From contig NC_092678.1 in the NCBI RefSeq assembly GCF_964355755.1, positions 12,956,352 through 13,020,351 of the forward strand: a DNA stretch of 64,000 bases. The letters are read 5' to 3'. Each line of letters opens with the position of its first letter. The first letter of the stretch is position 1. The notes under the pieces are model-generated. The model had not been told where the DNA came from and did not search any database. It saw nothing but the letters and a program-made list of their open reading frames with translations. Positions 49,601 through 62,759 of the stretch are shown one piece after another. This DNA is from Antedon mediterranea. Taxonomy: Eukaryota; Animalia; Echinodermata. Both the position numbers and the translations under genes were made by a program.

Positions 49601-52600
49601 CTGTAATTTTTTAAAATTGTAATACTATTTTAATAATTCATATGATCTGTTGTAATTTGGTTTTGTTTATATTTGTTAAATTGCCAAGAATAACCATAAG
49701 TGAATTTTTAAAATTGTAATACTATTTTAATAATTCATATGATCTGTTGTAATTTGGTTTTGTTTATATTTGTTAAATTGCCAAGAATAACCATAAGTGA
49801 ATCATCATTCACTGTCCTTCTTAAAGGTGGCAATCCTGTTCACAAGCCAAATAAACACAAGATCTTCTACATAGACAAAGTCTTATTCTATGTCTTTGGG
49901 AATGGAATGGAATATCCTGACAACGCAGGACTTGAACCAAGGACAATTGGACTGGTAGCCAAGCATCAAATCCACCAAGCCATAACTCTACTATGGTGAA
50001 TTGACAAACCATAAGCATCATACACAAACCTTTTCAAACTGATGAACACGAAATATCCCTCTCGTGTCTCTTCCGTGTGACCCGACTTCTTGTCTAAAGC
50101 AGGTAGAGAAGCCAGCGTACATTTTGGGTAAGTCACTAACTGCCATCCACTCATCTTTATGGTAAGCTGCGATTGGCTGCTCAGAAGTTGCAATCAGGTA
50201 CTTTTCTTCATAGACCGTTTCTTCAGCCTTCTCACTGCCTTTTCCAATAACCTGATATTGATATTGAAATTTGATGCGAAAATTATTTTCGCGTTTGGAA
50301 AATATTTCTACCTTTGCTTTTGAAATACAACAGCGCCATCTATTTTGTACCTTCGCCACGAATATTATTGTTGTGACTGGTTTCGTAAGTACATTTTTGG
50401 AGAGATATATACTGTATCTACTAATTTAGATCAAAAAGGCATTTAAATTTATTTTAGGATTTTAAATAAATAATGGGAACATCTTTACAAGATGTGGAAT
50501 CGTTGGAAAAAAAATAATTAGCCTAGATGAGTTCCAGTTGCCTATCGTATTGTTGCCTTTCAGCCTAGCTAGGTCTGTTAGTATTAGGCTAGGCCTCTAA
50601 TCGTTCTAGCCTTTGTAGGCCTAGGATTGTTTGGTCGTTTGTTGACATAATTAACACTACAGTAGGTGCGTTTATAAAATCCATATAAATAATAATATTT
50701 AATATAAATATTAAAAACCAAATATTACTATTTTATTCAATTTGAATCAAATGTAGGCCTTCGCTAGGCCTACTTTTTGTTTGATTCAAATGACAGGAAT
50801 CTATTTAGATGTTATATTATAAAACAAATAATGAATGTTTTATATGCGTGTAATGGTAAAACAAATTGCATTTGGTGAATGATGAAAGGTTATATATCCT
50901 TTATAAAACATAACCTCTCATCATTCAGCTCATGCCATTCATTTAAATTTATCAATCAATTATATACTAAAGTATCATTATTTTGCAATTTTCAAAATAA
51001 CAAATTGTAAAAAACCTTGTAAAGTTCCTCATCAAACTGGCTAAGTTGGGCAACCTCCTGCATGACTTGTTTGTTCATGAAGAATGGGGTATATAGGGCC
51101 TCATAGCCCTTCTTGTAAAGAGATTGCAAGCCATGCTGAATAATAGCTTGCGACAGAAACACTGCTGGACCCTAAAGATACAAAGTAAAAGTAAGTATTT
51201 ATTTATAATATCTTTATTGATTATACAATTTTAAATAACATGCATTTTAATTTAATATTGATAAGTCTGCAGCTTTATACTCTAACTCTGACAATCATAT
51301 AAAGTCTATAAAGTACATTGAGAACATGTGAGAAGTTGTTAAGTTTTGCAAATGTCAAAAGGTTATAAGATAGGAATAAAAAACGTCCAGATCACTAGCC
51401 TGTAGGCGTTCCTATATGGGACTTGAGCTCATGTCTAGGGTTAGATTCAAGCCCAAGGAATCAGTGAGTACTGTACAGACATATTAGTATTATTAATTGT
51501 AGTAACTGAACTGTAGAGGCATGTAGTGCAGTGTGTTGGACATTGGACTACTGAACGTAACGTTCGCCGCATTGCTTGTAAGACACTTTACATACGTTTA
51601 CTAGCTGCATTATGGGAGGACGCTTCCATACGTGTTTGATCCAAAAATGATCAATACCTTTAGATAGTAGCCTCTGCTTCCAGCCGTTACAGCGCCTTTT
51701 TCACATTCAACTCCGTCTATCATGTGGATGAGGTCAACGTGGGAGTATTTCTTTCTAGTTGATGAATCTCCAAACGTTCTTTCAACTCTATTTTCATCCT
51801 TAAAGAATAAAAAATAAACTCTTTTAATGTTTGAAATAAATCGAATTTAATATTAAGTGCAATCATCTAAAAATAATGCATTACATTAAAGCAGGGCCCA
51901 GCCAGCTCGGGCCCTCTCTAAATTTCGGAAATTGTAATCAGGGCATTCAAAATACTTTACTACAAGGTTTATACACTTTCTTAAGAGTTCACTTCCATAA
52001 CATTTGAACAGTTTTACAGGTTAAAATGTCACCGTAAAGCAAAAATAATTATATAAATGGTGTTCAATTAGAAAACAATTGTTCTTCATTTTATATATCC
52101 ATGGATTTTTCCACAAAAAGAGCTTCCAAATATTATGGAAGCTCTATAAAAAGTTGATTGCAGGAGAAATAGTTGAAAATATACTACAGGCTAGCCTATG
52201 AGTTAGTGTGGCCAATCGATTAAGACAGTGGAACCGAAATTCATAGTCATAACATTGGCAAGGGTTAGAGGCTCACTTGCTCCATGGTTCTGGTGGTAGA
52301 ACAAGTCTTCTTGGAAAAGGACTATAAACCGTAGGTCCAGTGTACATCTGGCTCATGTGCACTTTAAAGAACCTAGTACATCTTTCGAGACGAGTAGGGG
52401 GTTACCCCGGTGTACTAGTTTATTCATACACACACACTGTCGTGGACAGACGTATTAGCGCCATTGGCTACCGATGACATAATGGGATCCTTAGTGGAGC
52501 AGTAGCCTTTAACTATGAAGTTTGCTCCTTAAAAATAGAAGAAGAAGAAATAACCAATCAGATGGCAACACTTTAAAACATGTGGTATATAATATCCAAT

Positions 52601-55600
52601 CATACCTCATCATTGCTGACAGGCACAGAGTCATGCACAAAGTTGCCAATTTCCCACAGACTATCTTTTCGTATCCTTTCTACCTCTATTCTATCTTCAT
52701 CACACTTGACCATAGCATCGCTGATAAGTTGCCGCACTTTCTTTATTTGATTTACTGTTAAAACCTGAATAATTAGAAAGAAATTTACAAATCTATATTT
52801 AAGATGCATGTAAATCTTGATATAAAATTAAAAACAATCTTATTTCCCACATGGGCAGATCCAAGCGTAAGAAAAGGGGTAGGGGCACAGTTTGTAATGA
52901 ATTTCAAACAATCGGTGGCGAGAGCAAACCACAGTACCTACCTCCTATTGTTTACGTCGTGCTGTTTATTTTATCTAAGAGAGAAAGCCAACACAAGTGC
53001 TATTTATTGGAAATTTAGATTCCTAAATGAGATTATCTTTTATTTTTTCTTTTATTTGACTGAGGTAAAATAAAAGTGAAATAAAAAATAGCAAGCAGCT
53101 ACTACTCTTTTTTCTATCTGTTGCTTTTGTACTGTACAGTATAGTTTGTGTTTTTATATGAAGACATATTTGCATCATGATGCATTGTTACCTGTACCTT
53201 AAGTATATCATCTGACAGAGAATCCAATTTTGCCACCACATCTTCAGGGATGGCTGAATCATCACCTACAGGCTCTTTTTTCTGAATAATAAAAAAAAGG
53301 TAAATTCGTAATATACTGTACGTACCGTATAGTAGTACAGTAAGCCCTGGAGGAGAAAAGGGAACCTTGACATTTCTCAAGTGTGATTTAGTTGCTTCTA
53401 AAGATACAGATGGTGTTTGTATCAGCTTGATACCAGCAATACAAACTAATCCAAGTAACTAAAGCTTTGTCTATACTATCATCAAACTAGTTTGACAAAA
53501 AAGTGTGATGTACCCAAATAATGGTAGTGATATTCCCAAATATGGTAGTGATATGACATCATCATGTCCATATATGGGCATATTCACATTTATTCATAAA
53601 GTTTGATAGTATAGACAGAGCTTAATGGTATGGATGTAAAACTAGGGGCTATCTGAGAGTCATGTACGGAAGAAGAAATGAAATAATACCAACATTTTAA
53701 CATACAGAATTTAAATACAAATCATGTTTTCCTTGACAAACATGGTAAAATCTCTCTAACTGGGGTTACATTTTCTGGCCCCTGTCAGTGGTTGAGTCTA
53801 TGAAAAATAATTTTTCATTGAGTTGTTTTATAAACATCACTTTCAGTCTACCAGACTTTACTATGTGCACAGTATTGTTGAAAACTCTTTATGCAAAGGA
53901 TGTCTTTTATCAGCCAATTATCAACTTTCTTATAACACAATCATAAACACATATCATCTAAAGTTAATTAAGGTTATGGTTTTTTTTGGCCATTTCCGCA
54001 ACACTATTCAGTTTATTGTATGAGTCTGATATAAAGACTATCAGTAATGTTGTATGACGCCTACACCATACTACTAGGTACATTTTGAGTTAAGGTTGGT
54101 TAATTCTTAAATGTAATAATAAGGCCTAGGCCTACATTACCTTCATTTTTTCGCCAATTATTTTACTACATAGATTCTTTTGCTTGTTCCAGTTGTCTGC
54201 CTGGTAACGAACTAAAAAAGAATAACAAATTATAAGGCCAGTGAGTGAGTGGTGGCAATATGTCAATTGGCAGATCTATCGCAAAATGTATAAAGGCCAA
54301 TTTACACAGAACGCGGAGCGGACGGGCGAATCTGTTCAAGGATAAAAAGATTCAATTTTGTGAAAATACTGCACGGTAAATGTGGATTCTGGCCAAACAA
54401 CGACATGATTGATTTAACGTCATCAATGAACATTTTGTTTGCGCAAGTCCGTCAAGTCCAACATGACAATAAATACCACAGTAAGTGCAGCGGCAGTAGG
54501 CCTAGCCTAGTTTCGGAACTTCTTATTACTGTATTCAGAATACGAAAAACGTCGTGGTTAGGATTCCGGCACTGGAACTCAACTGCCCACCGTTAGGGAA
54601 TCCGACAAACGCATGCCCAGAGCGAAGTAATTATAGCTTGCACTAGTGCCACAGACCGCGCATGTCACCACACCACACCACCAAGAGTCCGAGTGTTACA
54701 ACTAGGGATTTACTGTAGCCTAGTTAATCGTCGCGCGGGAGAGAGAGCGATGGATGAAACTTGGCCTAGGCCATACATGAATTAATAATTAAAATACGAC
54801 TACGCTACGCATTAAAATAATTATTATGATATTGATAAGAATCAGTGCGCGGCAGCTGCTGTCAATTAAATCAACTTGGTTGTATACGATTGCATGTTAT
54901 GTACAGTATAATGCGTTTTATGAAATATTTTATTTTGTACTTGGAAAATCATAAAACTAGTCATGTAAATTATAATTATTCATAATTCTACAAACTTTAT
55001 ATATAAAGCTGGAGGCATCGAGGCTAGTTCGCCGTCGCGCAGCTATTAAATGATCCATCGTTGTTAGTCTGGTAGAGTATAGAGTCGCTGATTACCTCGC
55101 TCTGGGCATGCGCAATAGCGTGTCGGATTCCCTAACGCTGGGCAGTTGAGTTCCGGTGCCGGAATCATAGATTCCAACTGTCCCGCTTTCGGCGGGATTG
55201 TCCCGCTTTTTGATGTTGTGTCCTGCTGTCCCGCCCGACCCCTGAATTGTCCCACTTTCAAAATATTTAATAAGTAAACAAAAATAACGAAACAATATTT
55301 TTGGAAACTACGATTAAAAGACGATACGCCTTTATATTTCATAACCAATCAAATATGAACGAGTACGATTGTTCCTTATCTGCAGTCATAACTCACTTGC
55401 ATCGCATCATAGTCCATGCTCGCATGTAAGACGTCGGTGGTCCAGGTAGAAGGGAACCCAGCCGACTCTACGCGCGCTAAGACAAAAATGTACATGTAAC
55501 GGCAGGGAGATCTGTAGTATTGTGGTACATTCTACTTACGACAAGCTGCAGAGCCGGCCCAGCCTGGTGTCTGTGACTTACCACAACAACCGTTCGGCTC

Positions 55601-57483
55601 GCACGATAAATACACGTGGTGATTTTTACAAGAGGGGTATAGTGCGTGTACATTAAATGGAATTTCCATTTTTTTGCTTTTTTGGAATGTCTGCGGAATC
55701 CTAACCACGGCGTACAAAAAACTATGACGTGACTATGAATATTTGTATAAGGATAGATGATAGTGTAAAGAAAAGATACATTTGTGACGTTATTAGTCAA
55801 CAAGTCCCTCTTAAATCAAGGCCTAGCCTAAAAGCCTGTAACACACTAACTTTGGCAGGCTACTGTTGGGATGCATACAGATACAGCAATGATGATAAGT
55901 CAGTTATAATACGTCTAGCCTAGTCCATCAGTGCCTCCTTTTAGGTGCGAAACTGCAGTGCCACGTAGGCTACGTTCGAATACAGATCACTCCGGCCGCG
56001 CTTCAATCCGGCCGCGATTCATTTCGGCCGCAGCTATGGAGCGCCCAATGAGTCTTTTACAACTGAGACACGTTTTTTTGTAGAGAATCAAAATAAATAT
56101 TTGTAATCATACAGTATATTTTTTCTCTTTCAGGATCACAACAACATCGCAAGTGTTTTAAATTAGGTCTAATGCTAAAACAAAATAATTTATGTGTTGT
56201 ATCCAATTAAATGTAATAGGCTAGTATATTAATTGTAATGTGATTAATTAATGTAATTTATTGCAATGTACCCTAGGCCTATGTCATAATTATTATTGTT
56301 ATCATATATAAATTAAAATATAAAATCATTGTAAATTGGACTGTACAAAAATAATATGTTATTTCTTGATACAATTCCAGGTAACATTAATTACACGGAT
56401 TTGATTATTTGAAATAAATTAATATTGTAAATATTGTTATTAACTATAACAAACATCAATAAAAATTGATTATTTGAAATAAATAAATTAATATTTTACA
56501 TATTGTTATTAATAACTATAATTAGTAAGTATGGGTACTGGCAAGATAAAGTGTTATAAAAATAAAGGTTTTAACAAATTTTTAATGTTAATAAATGTAA
56601 AGCTATAAAAATAAATGTACATAGAAAGAAATTAAATAGTGTTATTCAAGCATTAATTAGACGGGTATTTGATTATTATTTTATTATTGAATTTAATTAA
56701 GTTTAGTTTGAAAGAAAAAGCAGTTCCAACTTCTTTGAATGTTATTGTTAATGAAAAAAGTAAAATTGTTGCTAATAAATATTCAACTAGTTCCATTTAA
56801 ATTCACCAAGAATTTGTTATAACACTGAACAGTATAGAAAACGTAGATATGGGCGCTCCATACTAACGGCCCCTTTGCACAGGAAGTCGAATTGAATAGC
56901 GGCCGGAGTGCATACCATCGCGCTAAACTGATACGGCGGCCGGAGTGATCGGCTACCCTACGTTCCACCCTACTACTACTACTAGCCTAGCTACTAGTAG
57001 TAGTACTAGGCTAGGCCTAGTAGTAGGGCCTACGCTAGTCTAACCTAGCTAGGGTCTAACTTATACTACTGTAGGCCTAATTTAAACTATCTATAGTAAT
57101 ATATCTAGTTATTTATAGGCCTACCTACTCTACTGATTACTATAGGCTCCCTACTAGATAGCATGCAGACCAAGCCTAGTCCTCTAGTAAGCTACTAAGT
57201 AAAAACCTTGGCTGAGGCGGCTGTCAGCCGGATAGTATTATGTATGTAGGCCTGCACTACTAGGCTAGGCCTAGGCCTTATAGGCTGAGATAGGCCTAGG
57301 ATCAGGCCGCGAACCGGGGCCGGCCATGCGTGTGCATCAGAACTTACGCTTTCGCCATTTTGTGTCGGCTTCTACAACCTTATCAACGAGAGTGGCATCT
57401 TTGTAACGTTTTGCCTGATTTGCTCGTATTTTATCGGGATTTCCTCCCTTGTCTTCACGGAATAAATCAAGATCTAAAACCAT
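46656..57483 (-). CDS. SARS1: Seryl-tRNA synthetase, cytoplasmic (11 coding exons)
   Basis: Exons 57483-57348 ([20 protein letters not shown]), 54211-54141, 53281-53198, 52764-52606, 51798-51658, 51171-51016, 50251-50030 ([34 protein letters not shown]), 49490-49361, 48706-48549 ([16 protein letters not shown]), 47944-47815 ([20 protein letters not shown]), 46801-46656 (Lys-rich tail, TAA). All GT-AG and phase-consistent. Confidence 0.97.
46879..47620 (+). mobile_element. HINE/DINE-1-like (Helentron-associated) non-autonomous element
   Basis: Starts acaaggccatata, has a (gacc)n microsatellite and an internal tandem duplication, and ends tatagagtcgcgtccatgcggctaaaa (degenerate hairpin). Related inverted copies at 59430-59553 and 60799-61372. 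Confidence 0.7.
49608..49801. repeat. Near-perfect ~97-bp tandem duplication in a SerRS intron
   Basis: ttttaaaattgtaatactattt...aataaccataagtgaat occurs twice in tandem. Confidence 0.9.
52190..52550 (+). mobile_element. SINE with a Deu/Nin-type conserved domain and (GAA)n tail
   Basis: Decayed tRNA-like head, then aggactataaaccgtaggtcc..gcactttaaagaacc..tttcgagacgagtagggggttaccccggtgt, resembling the DeuSINE core as recalled. Degenerate relative at ~61985-62190. Confidence 0.7.
53463..53622. mobile_element. PIF/Harbinger-like MITE (second family)
   Basis: TIRs agctttgtctatactatc / gatagtatagacagagct, with TAA on both sides (53460-53462, 53623-53625). Confidence 0.85.
54550..55712. mobile_element. 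MITE with ~88-bp TIRs (copy 2); right TIR split by an insertion
   Basis: Homologous to 29541-30539. The right TIR runs 55091-55165 and resumes at 55694-55712 (cggaatcctaaccacggcg). Confidence 0.85.
55166..55693. mobile_element. Non-autonomous hAT-like element with 6-bp TSD
   Basis: TIRs catagattccaa / ttggaatgtctg (2 mismatches). CGGAAT duplicated at 55160-55165 and 55694-55699. Subterminal tgtcccgc repeats. Confidence 0.8.
55978..56957. mobile_element. MULE-like non-autonomous TIR element in SerRS intron 1
   Basis: Inverted gatcactccggccgc / gcggccggagtgatc near both ends. CTACGTTC duplicated at 55970-55977 and 56958-56965. AT-rich interior. Confidence 0.7.
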
Positions 57484-57996
57484 GATTTTTGTAAACAGAT
57501 GATGTGCCACGAGAACACAACCGGTAAAAACAAAAACGCAGGTGTGGTGGTGGTGTGTACAATTTTAAACAGCGCCACCAATAAAATAATATAGCTTTTC
57601 TACAAAACTTTTAAGAATTACTTGTAGTGCGACCTCAATCAAGTGTTATTTACAAAAACAAAAATTACCACAGATTGCGTCATAGTGTATTGCATCATCA
57701 TTATTTTTTTTATATAAATAATAAAACTATGTCAGAATTAACCATAATTTATATATTGATGTGTGTATCATAATTATAAAGGCAATCTAAATTATATTAT
57801 TAATAGCGAGTAAAAAAACGCAGCATCTGATTTCTGGCGCGCTGTTGCAAAAGTCACAAATTGACATTGAATGACCGTAGGCCTACTCTTAGATTGTTCA
57901 ACTTAATTTATTTTGAGAAAAATTTAAACATAATGGTAGATTTGTAGTAATTTTTTCCGTTTTAGTTTATGGTCCCTCCAATTAATTTTCAATACC

Positions 57997-58347
57997 GAGC
58001 TTTCGCATCTGGACGATAGACGAAATGGGACGGTACATAGGATTAGGATACGGTTATTTATAAAATTTATATTATAATTAATCATATCTGCGTATGCGTA
58101 TATAGGCTGTGATTTCACTTTCATTCTTATAGACTCATAAAAAAAAAAAATAAGAATCTTCGTTCGCCTCTTGTAAGGTTTTAATTAGGTGTTTTTAGTT
58201 CATCCTTTGAACTTCGCAAATCTAAGTCTTAGTCGTCCAGGCTCTAACACAGAAACTTTTCCAAAACGCCCACTAAACCCGCGTCTGCATAGTCTGCGTT
58301 ACGATCTGTTAATGATCCATTCGTTTACCGTCCCGATGCGAAAGCTC
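57997..58347. repeat. Inverted-repeat (MITE-like) element upstream of SerRS
   Basis: gagctttcgcatctggacgatagacga and tcgtttaccgtcccgatgcgaaagctc are imperfect reverse complements. True ends not resolved. Confidence 0.55.
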
Positions 58348-59429
58348 CCTATTGTCGAAAAAGGACTGCGGTTCCGTTATTCATTATTTATTTATTTTTA
58401 AATTGGAAATTTTAAATAATAATATTTTTATTATTATTATATTAGTGTTTTGCCAAATACCGGTAATGAAGATTAAATGAGTGAACATTAATTGCATTAA
58501 AACAAACATTTTACAATAAGCAGATCATTGCCTTTAGGATGCCTCACATAAAATAACTTTTATAATTCCATATTCATATATTAATACAAGTAAACAAAAT
58601 TTAAAAGAAAGAAAATATCTTAAAAATTAACCTATAAGAATCAAAAAGAACAAAAAAAAAAACAATAAAAAAGAACTTAACTAAAATAATTTAAACAAAT
58701 AAACAAATTATTTACAGAGTAGGTCTATATTCACCTTGGAAAATAGGACCTCGAGTGAACGAATAGCCAATTACAATAAATAAAATAGTCAAGAAAGTAA
58801 AGAGCGTACCACCAGTAGGGCCCAACCTCACTGTTAGTTCCAAATCTACATTATTATTAGATATTTTTTTTTTGCCAACTTTTTTTGAAAAACTTACTAA
58901 TATTTCTATTTTGTTTATTCAATGCGAATTAGTAGGCCTATGTTGTAAACCATTCTTCATCCACCTGAAAATAATTCCATATAAAACAAATAATAGGCCT
59001 ACCAGAAATGTGAAACTTACTTTGACCTCTAACAATTTTCTTAGAAGGTTGCACAAAACTATTCTGGTTAACTATAAGTACCCATTATAGTGCACTAAAA
59101 AGGATGTACTGGCATTAGATAAATTATATACGGAAACCAATTTTGCAAGAAAAAAGAAACCACTAGAAATGTTTGCTTCCTAGAAAACGGTCAATACAAA
59201 ACCTTTCGAGTAAATGCATATGATAGTAACCTAACGAACGGGAACGCACCATAAATGGAAAATATTAATGTGTTTTCCATTTTAAAATGTGTCCTTTCCA
59301 TGAATGTGGCCATTTTAACAAAAATTGTCAATAGAAAGTGTGCAGCAGTGAATTCCAGTACCCACGTAACTTTTTCAAACGATTACTAGAATTTAGTTTC
59401 ACAAATTGCTAGTTTTTTTTTAATGTAAG

Positions 59430-59553
59430 TTTTTAGTCGCGTGCGAACGCGACTCTACAGCTCAATATGTCAGTCGGTTGGTCGGTTGGTTGGTCGGTAA
59501 ACACTAACTCAAATTTGAGCACGTGACTGCAGCCATGTATATATGGCCTGGTT
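59430..59553 (-). mobile_element. Short HINE-like element
   Basis: ttttagtcgcgtgcgaacgcgactcta hairpin, (ggtc/ggtt)n, tatatggcc end; same family as 46879-47620. Confidence 0.7.
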
Positions 59554-59668
59554 TTTATTGGTTATGTTGAAAAACGGTCAATAGAACATGGTTTATATTT
59601 TTTCTCTCTTCGTTATTATTGTCCCATTTCTTTTATTGTGTGGTGGTTTGAAATGTTTTCGCTGTTAG

Positions 59669-59801
59669 ATTAAGTGTTATGCGTTGTAATACATGTAAAC
59701 TGGTATCGTGCATTAAGTGTTATGCGTTGTAATACAGGTACATTGGTATCGTGCATTAAATGTTATGCGTTGTAATACAGGTACACTGGTATCGTGCATT
59801 A
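59669..59801. repeat. 43-bp tandem repeat, 3 units
   Basis: attaagtgttatgcgttgtaatacaggtacactggtatcgtgc-like unit three times. Confidence 0.9.
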
Positions 59802-60798
59802 TACCCATAAAAAGCTTACATTATGTTATTAATGTGCTGATTCGAAAAGAAATGTTATCTCATAAAAAAAATAATATATGACGACTGAACGTTTGGACTA
59901 AATAGTAAAATAATCTGCCCCTCCCCCTACTTTCAAAGTCAAGTTCTAATAATCGTTTGTTTTTCCCGTGATTGCAATCACAATTGTATAACATTAACAA
60001 GTTGCTAAAGTTATAAACTCATTCTTTTTTATTGTCTTATAGTTTTAGTTATATTCTAGTTTTTTATTTTATTTTGTTTTTACCTTAAATAAACGAAGTG
60101 TTGTACATTGTGCTAGTGGTGTACTGGGGCAGTAAAGATACATAAAAAAAAATTGTTGGTGTGAGAAAATTATGCCGTTAGTGGTTAGCAACGAACGCGA
60201 TTATGTAATGTAAGGAGATTTTGTTTATGTTATATTGTTTGTATCGAACTGTGTGGTTTCAAATATTTCCGTAGTCACAGGTTATTTGCATCATGAGATG
60301 CATCGGATAATTGTTATCGAAGATAAGATTACATCTTTTTAATGAGAAACTTACAGGATAGGCTTAAAATAAAAATATATATATATACAGAACAATTTAG
60401 CCGATGCGGGAATTATTGTGCAAATCGAACGTTCGTTACAAATACATGCCCAACTATCATCATCTTTTATTTGAGTCAGCTTTCTTCCTCTTCCAGGGAG
60501 TCACAGATAAATGCCTACATTCATTGTAAATATAATAGGGGCCTACATAATGTCATCTTGTAGTAATCAGTATTGCTTCAATGTTTAGTTTCTGTTTAAC
60601 TTGCAAGTAGATTCATCTGCTTATAGGTAATAGTTGTTGAGTTGATTGACATATCGTCCTACAATCGATTCCATGAAAATCGTCCACAGGACCACAAGGA
60701 GGACCTTAAAGAGTCGAAGTTATCCACCATTCGGATTTAAATCGTAAAGTAACTGCATGTCAAGCTTAGGATTCCTGGTTCAAATCTGGATTTGGTGT

Positions 60799-61372
60799 TT
60801 TTTAGTCGTATGCAACAGCTCACTATGTCGATCGGTTGGTCGGTCTGTAAACACTAACTTGTATATGGCCGTGTCTTGATATCAGTTTCATCTAGCTAAG
60901 TCAATTTTTCAGAGTATATTCCTTATGACCAGGACTCGATGTAGTTGTTTTTCACGGTGCGCAATCAAAAATTACGCAATCTACGCAAGATTTAAATAAA
61001 TCACGTTTGTAATCATATCTTCACAAGAAAGCATGAATCACAATTAAATAAAATTTGGTACTCATACATTCAAGGTCATATTGCACCATATGACAATACA
61101 ATTACGTGCGTAGCGCATATAACACATGCGTACGCGCGCTTAAAATTAAAGTACGCACTCTTTCTTTCTTTAATAATGTCATCATATTTGATTCACTTTC
61201 CAACTCAAATTTACGTTATACGAGCACGTCAAAAGTGACAGGTTACGCACGTGTATATTAAAAAAATATAAATCTTTTTAAACATTTTTAAACATGTTCA
61301 GCAATTTTGGTTGGTTGGTCGGTCGGTAAACACTAACTTGAGCAGGCGACTTCAGTCATGTATATGGCCTTA
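60799..61372 (-). mobile_element. HINE-like element, inverted relative of 46879-47620
   Basis: Reverse complement of the 46879-47620 interior (tatacgagcacgtcaaaagtgacagg.., atgcgtacgcgcgc..) with the same termini. Confidence 0.7.
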
Positions 61373-61696
61373 TTTTCATTGATCTTACAATGTATACATT
61401 CTTTAAATATTCTTCCACATACGTACCGTATATATTAATAACGCTTAAATCGACATCGCGTTTTGAATCAGTTTTATAAAGCTATTTTAAAATGTTTTTT
61501 TTTCTTCATTTTTCTTTTCCCGTTCCATTAGGATCCCTTACTAAGGAACATTCAGTGGACCTATAATCAGATGTTTGTACAAACGTGGTGAATTTAAGTA
61601 GGCATTTATGGTCGGAAGTAAACATTATAAACTGACAAGTTTCATAATTATTCACGGAGTTACCTTACCATTTCCTAATTGTCATTGTCTAACGCT

Positions 61697-61797
61697 ATTG
61701 GCTAGTTACAAAAAATCAACTGTGAACTCTGCTATAAAATTGAAATGAATGAAATTTATTGACTGTCTATTGGCTGCCTACTTCTTGAAAGGTAAGT
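61697..61797 (+). promoter_or_regulatory. Candidate core promoter and short non-coding first exon of the 62311 gene
   Basis: ATTGG (inverted CCAAT) 61697-61701, TATAAAA 61733-61739, consensus donor AAG|GTAAGT at 61791/61792. The next strong acceptor directly precedes ATG 62311. Confidence 0.45.
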
Positions 61798-62310
61798 GAG
61801 ATTTTATAAAATTGATTGCTATACATACTATTCTATTATCTAAATAATAGTTGGCCTACGTCGATTATTTATATTATTATTTTATATTTTTATATTTTTA
61901 AATAGGCTTAATAATTGAGAATGCCTTTTTCAACAGTATTTAAAATATAAATTAGTGTAGTTTAAACAAAATCCAGTCTATTGCAGCCGGTTGAGCGGAG
62001 TGGTCATGCGTTAAGGCACCGCAACCATACCCATAAGATGGGCACAGGTTCAAGCCTCTTTTTTGAACATTAGTTCTGGTGGTAGGAAACGGGAGGTTCA
62101 GTTTACGTATACGGCTCGTGAGCACGTTATTTAGGTGTCCAGTTCAGCTTTTTTCCGCGTTTGGCTGTCCAATACACACACACACAAAAGGAAAAATAAA
62201 TTTAGTTGTATTTTTAATTTCACCTATTTCGCGTAGTTAGTTACGATGCAAGATACAGAACATTCTCCAAACATTTATATTGTTTGATAGTAAATTGTTT
62301 TCGTGTTTAG

Positions 62311-62442
62311 ATGGAAATGCATGCATATTTTCCTTTGGTGTTGGTACTGATCTCCAGCTGGTTAGTGAATGATGCCAGTGCTGTGTCAGCCTTCCTTACC
62401 ATGAAACGGAATTCTGTTAACGAAATAGATAAAACTCCAGAA
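62311..62442 (+). CDS. First coding exon of a secreted, possibly prohormone/neuropeptide-type precursor; the rest was not found in the window
   Basis: ttttcgtgtttag|ATG...GAA|gtaagt; 44 codons MEMHAYFPLVLVLISSWLVNDASA-VSAFLTM-KR-NSVNEIDKTPE. Hydrophobic signal peptide with an A-x-A cleavage motif, then a dibasic site. Too short for the ORF track. Confidence 0.6.
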
Positions 62443-62759
62443 GTAAGTAACGTTGTATACATCATTAGCATTGTTACTTTGTTGATTTGATCAATGTTAA
62501 AACTAATATTAAACTGTACTACTTACTCGGTCTAATTTATTTATGTCAAATTCATTTATAATCAAACCTTTGTCGTAGATAAAAACATACTAGATAATAT
62601 GTATTGACAGAGCAGATAAGTTAAGTGAGAGACGTCGTAATCCATTACTGCTCGAATGACATGGGTTCACAAAACCAAATAATCGTCTCTGGCTAGTAGT
62701 CCAGTCAATCTAGCAAATATAAGGGGGTGACCCACCACTAATTGCAAAAGAATTTATTT

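Noticed and set aside
46802-57347. Intronic snoRNAs in the SerRS gene
   Set aside because: No convincing C/D box pair with terminal stem or H/ACA structure found by eye; a covariance-model search would be needed to exclude them.
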